The position numbers and the translations under genes are program-made. A stretch of DNA of 63,550 nucleotides, counting the filler, from Salisapilia sapeloensis CBS 127946 (Eukaryota; Protista; Oomycota): assembly GCA_023334545.1 (NCBI GenBank). It is 10 parts of 10 records of this genome, joined end to end, with 100 filler letters (N's around TTAATTAATTAA, not from the genome) between each part and the next. Parts side by side here need not be neighbours in the genome. Positions count along the whole stretch, not along the records: positions 54,415 to 63,550 come from JAADVB010000474.1; 9 more parts are not named here. One strand, given 5' to 3'. Below are positions 60,498 to 63,550 of this stretch, piece after piece. Positions within the stretch are counted from its first letter, which is position 1. Every line of letters starts with the position of its first letter. The notes under the pieces were generated by a model. The model searched no databases, had not been told where the DNA came from, and saw only the letters and a list, made by a program, of their open reading frames with translations.

Positions 60498-61857
60498 ATG
60501 GACCAAGACACGGTAGCACAGGTCGATGCATTGCTTGCATTCATCGATGCAACGATTGATAGCGATGGAACTGATCCAGGGACTCCTTCGTACGACACAG
60601 ACCTACTTGCCTTGATCGCGGACCCTATCAATGATGTAGATACGCTCCACGGCACAGTGGATAGCGTTTCATCACCCACAAACTTCATTTCACCCAGCAA
60701 GAAGTCTAATTCGAATGTACGGAAACAGCCAGCCAAGAAACGGGCTCGTAGGCAAAGGGAAGAACTTTTATACCTTCGAAATAAGGTTCAAGAGCTCCAA
60801 ACTCAGCTGGAAACGCTCCAAGACAAGCCAGCACTTGGTGTCCAACTTCTTCCGAGCACCCCTATTGATCATACCATGTGGAGTCAAATGGCAATGAACC
60901 AATACACAGAGCGCCTTCAGGCTGAAGAGCAGAACGCTCAATTACGAGCGTCCCTTAGTGATCAGCTGAAACTAGCTGCCAGCCTTGCTGATTTGCTAAA
61001 ATCTAGTAACTCTCTCCATGACGTACGTATATATCTTCGGCACGTCCATAATTATCTAAAACTACCATGTTTTATAAATGCAGTTGCCTCCACCAGATCC
61101 AGAAGCTAAACGCACTAAACGGTCACACGAGTCGATGCCTCCTCATACATCGCGCAGTTCTTTTACTGAGGAAGAAATAGCGATTTTTGAAGAACGCATA
61201 CTAGAGACGGAGCGTGCGTATGGAAATGTGGGCATGCTAATGGAACAACTAGGTCTGAATCGTCATAGTGCGGAAACGCCTTACCACGATATACGTGTGT
61301 CGAGTGCCGGATGCATTAGCGCTCGGATAGAGATTCTGGACACTAGACAGTTACCGTTTGATTGGCAAGTCGTGGCTAGCACGCTGTGGACGAGCTTTAT
61401 TCATAGAAGGTATTCTGAAAACTGCATTCACTACCGAGTGTACTGTGAATCAAGTGACATGCTTGTGGGCGAGCATGGGGTGAACGTAGCTCGACGAGGT
61501 AAAAAGATACACAGTCGCAATCGAAGGGTAATGCGATTGTTCAAAGAGGCAGATCGTATCGTGATCGTGTGGAGGAACGACGCTAGACCTGCCAAAGTGA
61601 GAGACTTCACTGTGCGCGGGATGTCAATGCAAGAAACCGGATACATCGTGGTGGCACGTGGGAATAGCCCCAAATCGGCAAGAATTCAGACGTATGCGAA
61701 TGTACGTCCTCAATTGGATACGGACAGCCAAGGCGTGAATTGTGACGTGGGCGTGGGTGAATTGACGGACCTCATACTTGAGATGCACGTCGACCACGTT
61801 TGTGGGTACCGACTGCCATCCTTTCAGCAGCAGTTGGCAGTGCAAGATACCATGTAA
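60498..61857 (+). CDS. M96 mating-specific-like protein (bZIP-like basic coiled coil plus START-like domain), 2 exons
   Basis: Intron 61023-61084 joins the two ORFs in frame (NSLHD|LPPPDP). KKRARRQREELLYLRNKVQELQTQL and W..MA..Q...RLQAEEQNAQLR are typical of the oomycete M96 family. Confidence 0.7.
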
Positions 61858-62416
61858 AGTGCCCGTGCCCAAAGACAGCCTACACGTTCTCTAATTCGAC
61901 TACAAGCTCTTAACTCTTTTATTAGCTTTTTCAACTACGTGACGTTACTTTAGCTGATACAATACATGGAATTGCTGAGACGACAACGCTGAGGCTACGA
62001 GAGTATGCCGCCATCTTGTCATTCAATTGCACATCCTTTTTCTACAAAGTACCACTACGTTCCTGCACGCTCGTCCACTTGGCAGGCACGTCGTTTGATT
62101 CCTTTACGAAGCATTTTCAGCAAAGCCACCAGGTTATGCGCATTGCTCTCTACACGCCCAACAATCAGAATTTCAACCGTCGCAAAATTGCGGTGATTAC
62201 CTTTTAATTCGATGAAACAGACGGTTTTGGAGAATCATACGGTATTCAGCTGAGTCGATGGAGTGCGCTTCGATCCCGAGGAGGGTGACAGGAGATAGCT
62301 GATACGGGAATAGGGAGACAGCTGGGACGGAGGAGACTCACGAATGGACGTCCATGCCCTACAAGCTGGGTTTCGAGAGCGGAAAGAACGCTCGCGTGCG
62401 GTCGAGATGCTGAGGA

Positions 62417-62431
62417 TCAGTTCCTAATTTG
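62417..62431 (+). promoter_or_regulatory. Oomycete Inr+FPR-like core promoter
   Basis: TCAGTTCCTAATTTG, ~40 nt upstream of the ATG at 62472. Confidence 0.5.
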
Positions 62432-62471
62432 CTCGCAACCCCCGACTTCCAAGTCATAAGCAGTTATTACG

Positions 62472-63550
62472 ATGGTTTTAGCAAGCAATAAAATGCCTAC
62501 GGTGGCCCTTTTCGCCGCGATGTGCGCCGCGACTGCGAGCGCCCACGGACACCTCGGTGAGCCGACGCCCAAGTTTGCCATTCAGGGAGACATCACCCAG
62601 TTTGGTCTGACCGTCGATTCGTCCCAGTTGACGCCTCCGGAGGGCATGTCCTTCACCTCTAGTCCGTCTGACAATGCCAAGGCCTTCACGGCCTGGTTGG
62701 GCGACAGCGAGTACGACTCCGTTCGTGCTGTTGTGGAAGACCTCGGTGAGCCCACGGTCGCCGGTTCCACCAAGGAATGCGGTATCACCGACCCGACTGG
62801 TCCGGCGCAGCCGCTTCCGGACACCGTCAAGTGGACCCACAGTGACTCGGAGGGATTCACGCAGTCTCACGAAGGTCCGTGTGAAGTTTGGTGTGACGAC
62901 GAGCTCGCCTTCACGGACGACAACTGCGCCAAGAACTACCCGGATGCCCCTGCTGTCCTCGACTACGACAAGTCCAAGTGTGAAGGCAAGAGCCAACTCA
63001 AGATGATCTGGATGGCTCTGCACGACCCGAACTGGCAGGTTTATATCAACTGTGTTCCGATTGAGGGCGGCAGTGCCGGTGCTGGCAACGATGGCCAAAC
63101 TGGCAATGCTGGTAGCTCTGGTTCCACGCCGACGGTCGTTCCTCCGAGCGAGTTCGAGGCCGTTCCGAGCCCTGACCAGGACGTTCCTGCTGACACTCCG
63201 ACGGTGACCTCCGCTGGTCCTGATGAAGAGGACTGTGGCTCCTACAGCATGGCTGAAGGTGATGAAGAAGACTGCGGCTCCTTCAGCATGGCTGAAGAAG
63301 GATCTGTTGCCGGTGAAGCCGAAGCTCCGACGGAGGAGGACTGTGGCTCGTTCAGCATGGCCGAAGATGAAGACTGTGGCTCGTTCAGCATGGCTGAAGA
63401 TGGTGTTGGTGGCGAAGCTGACCAGGCCAACACTGGTGGCGACTACGGCGGAAACGGTGGCTACGGCGGCAACGCTGGTGGTGCTCCTGCTGGTGGCAAC
63501 GCTGGCAACGACGGTGGTGCTCCTGCTGGTGGCAACGCTGGCAACGACGG
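62472..63550 (+). CDS. Secreted AA17-family lytic polysaccharide monooxygenase, 3'-truncated by window end
   Basis: Open frame from the ATG at 62472 to the window end, absent from the ORF track because it has no stop. The signal peptide ends ATASA, followed by His (CAC at 62544, HGHLGEP). Second His in SHEGPCEVWCDD, then WMALH and WQVYINC with the axial Tyr, matching the AA17 histidine-brace pattern. Confidence 0.85.
   Translation, partial: MVLASNKMPTVALFAAMCAATASAHGHLGEPTPKFAIQGDITQFGLTVDSSQLTPPEGMSFTSSPSDNAKAFTAWLGDSEYDSVRAVVEDLGEPTVAGSTKECGITDPTGPAQPLPDTVKWTHSDSEGFTQSHEGPCEVWCDDELAFTDDNCAKNYPDAPAVLDYDKSKCEGKSQLKMIWMALHDPNWQVYINCVPIEGGSAGAGNDGQTGNAGSSGSTPTVVPPSEFEAVPSPDQDVPADTPTVTSAGPDEEDCGSYSMAEGDEEDCGSFSMAEEGSVAGEAEAPTEEDCGSFSMAEDEDCGSFSMAEDGVGGEADQANTGGDYGGNGGYGGNAGGAPAGGNAGNDGGAPAGGNAGND
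63222..63398 (+). repeat. Coding repeat (E/D)EDCGS(Y/F)SMAE x4
   Basis: Four copies of GA(A/G)GACTG(T/C)GGCTC(C/G)T(A/T)CAGCATGGC(T/C)GAA in the AA17 tail. Confidence 0.9.
63477..63548 (+). repeat. Coding 36-bp tandem repeat GGAPAGGNAGND x2 (continues past window)
   Basis: Exact 36-bp duplication at 63477-63512 and 63513-63548. Confidence 0.95.

Overview
Eukaryotic, almost certainly oomycete DNA. The evidence is short GT-AG introns of 50-170 nt, Inr+FPR core promoter motifs, and AA17 LPMO, CBM1 and M96-like genes. The window is a pseudo-scaffold of 10 contigs joined by nine identical artificial 100-nt linkers (N44-TTAATTAATTAA-N44), so adjacency across linkers is not evidence of linkage. Contig 1 (1-11590) is gene-dense: a stand-alone Pol X 8-kDa HhH domain protein, a tandem-domain putative transcription factor, an SDR, a PDZ protein, an F-box/LamG protein and a six-exon WD40 gene. 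The first three genes lie between a near-perfect inverted repeat of at least 184 bp. Contig 2 (11691-39060) is a decay zone with AT-rich islands, a dead Mutator transposase and two L1-like fragments. It also holds a contiguous run of pseudogenised housekeeping genes (coiled-coil gene, PHD-SET methyltransferase, VPS13-like, valyl-tRNA synthetase), with one apparently intact RING-H2 gene among them. Contig 3 carries a degenerate LINE-type ORF1 with a CCHC knuckle and an OTU-like protease domain. Later contigs hold a secreted CBM1 protein, PEPCK, a USP with an inserted ubiquitin-like segment, UTP25, a ~330-bp periodic repeat, a CAF16-like ABC ATPase, a C2 protein, an M96-like gene and an AA17 LPMO with an acidic Cys/Met repeat tail. 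No rRNA, tRNA or CRISPR array was found. All family assignments rest on motif recognition by eye; no database searches were run.
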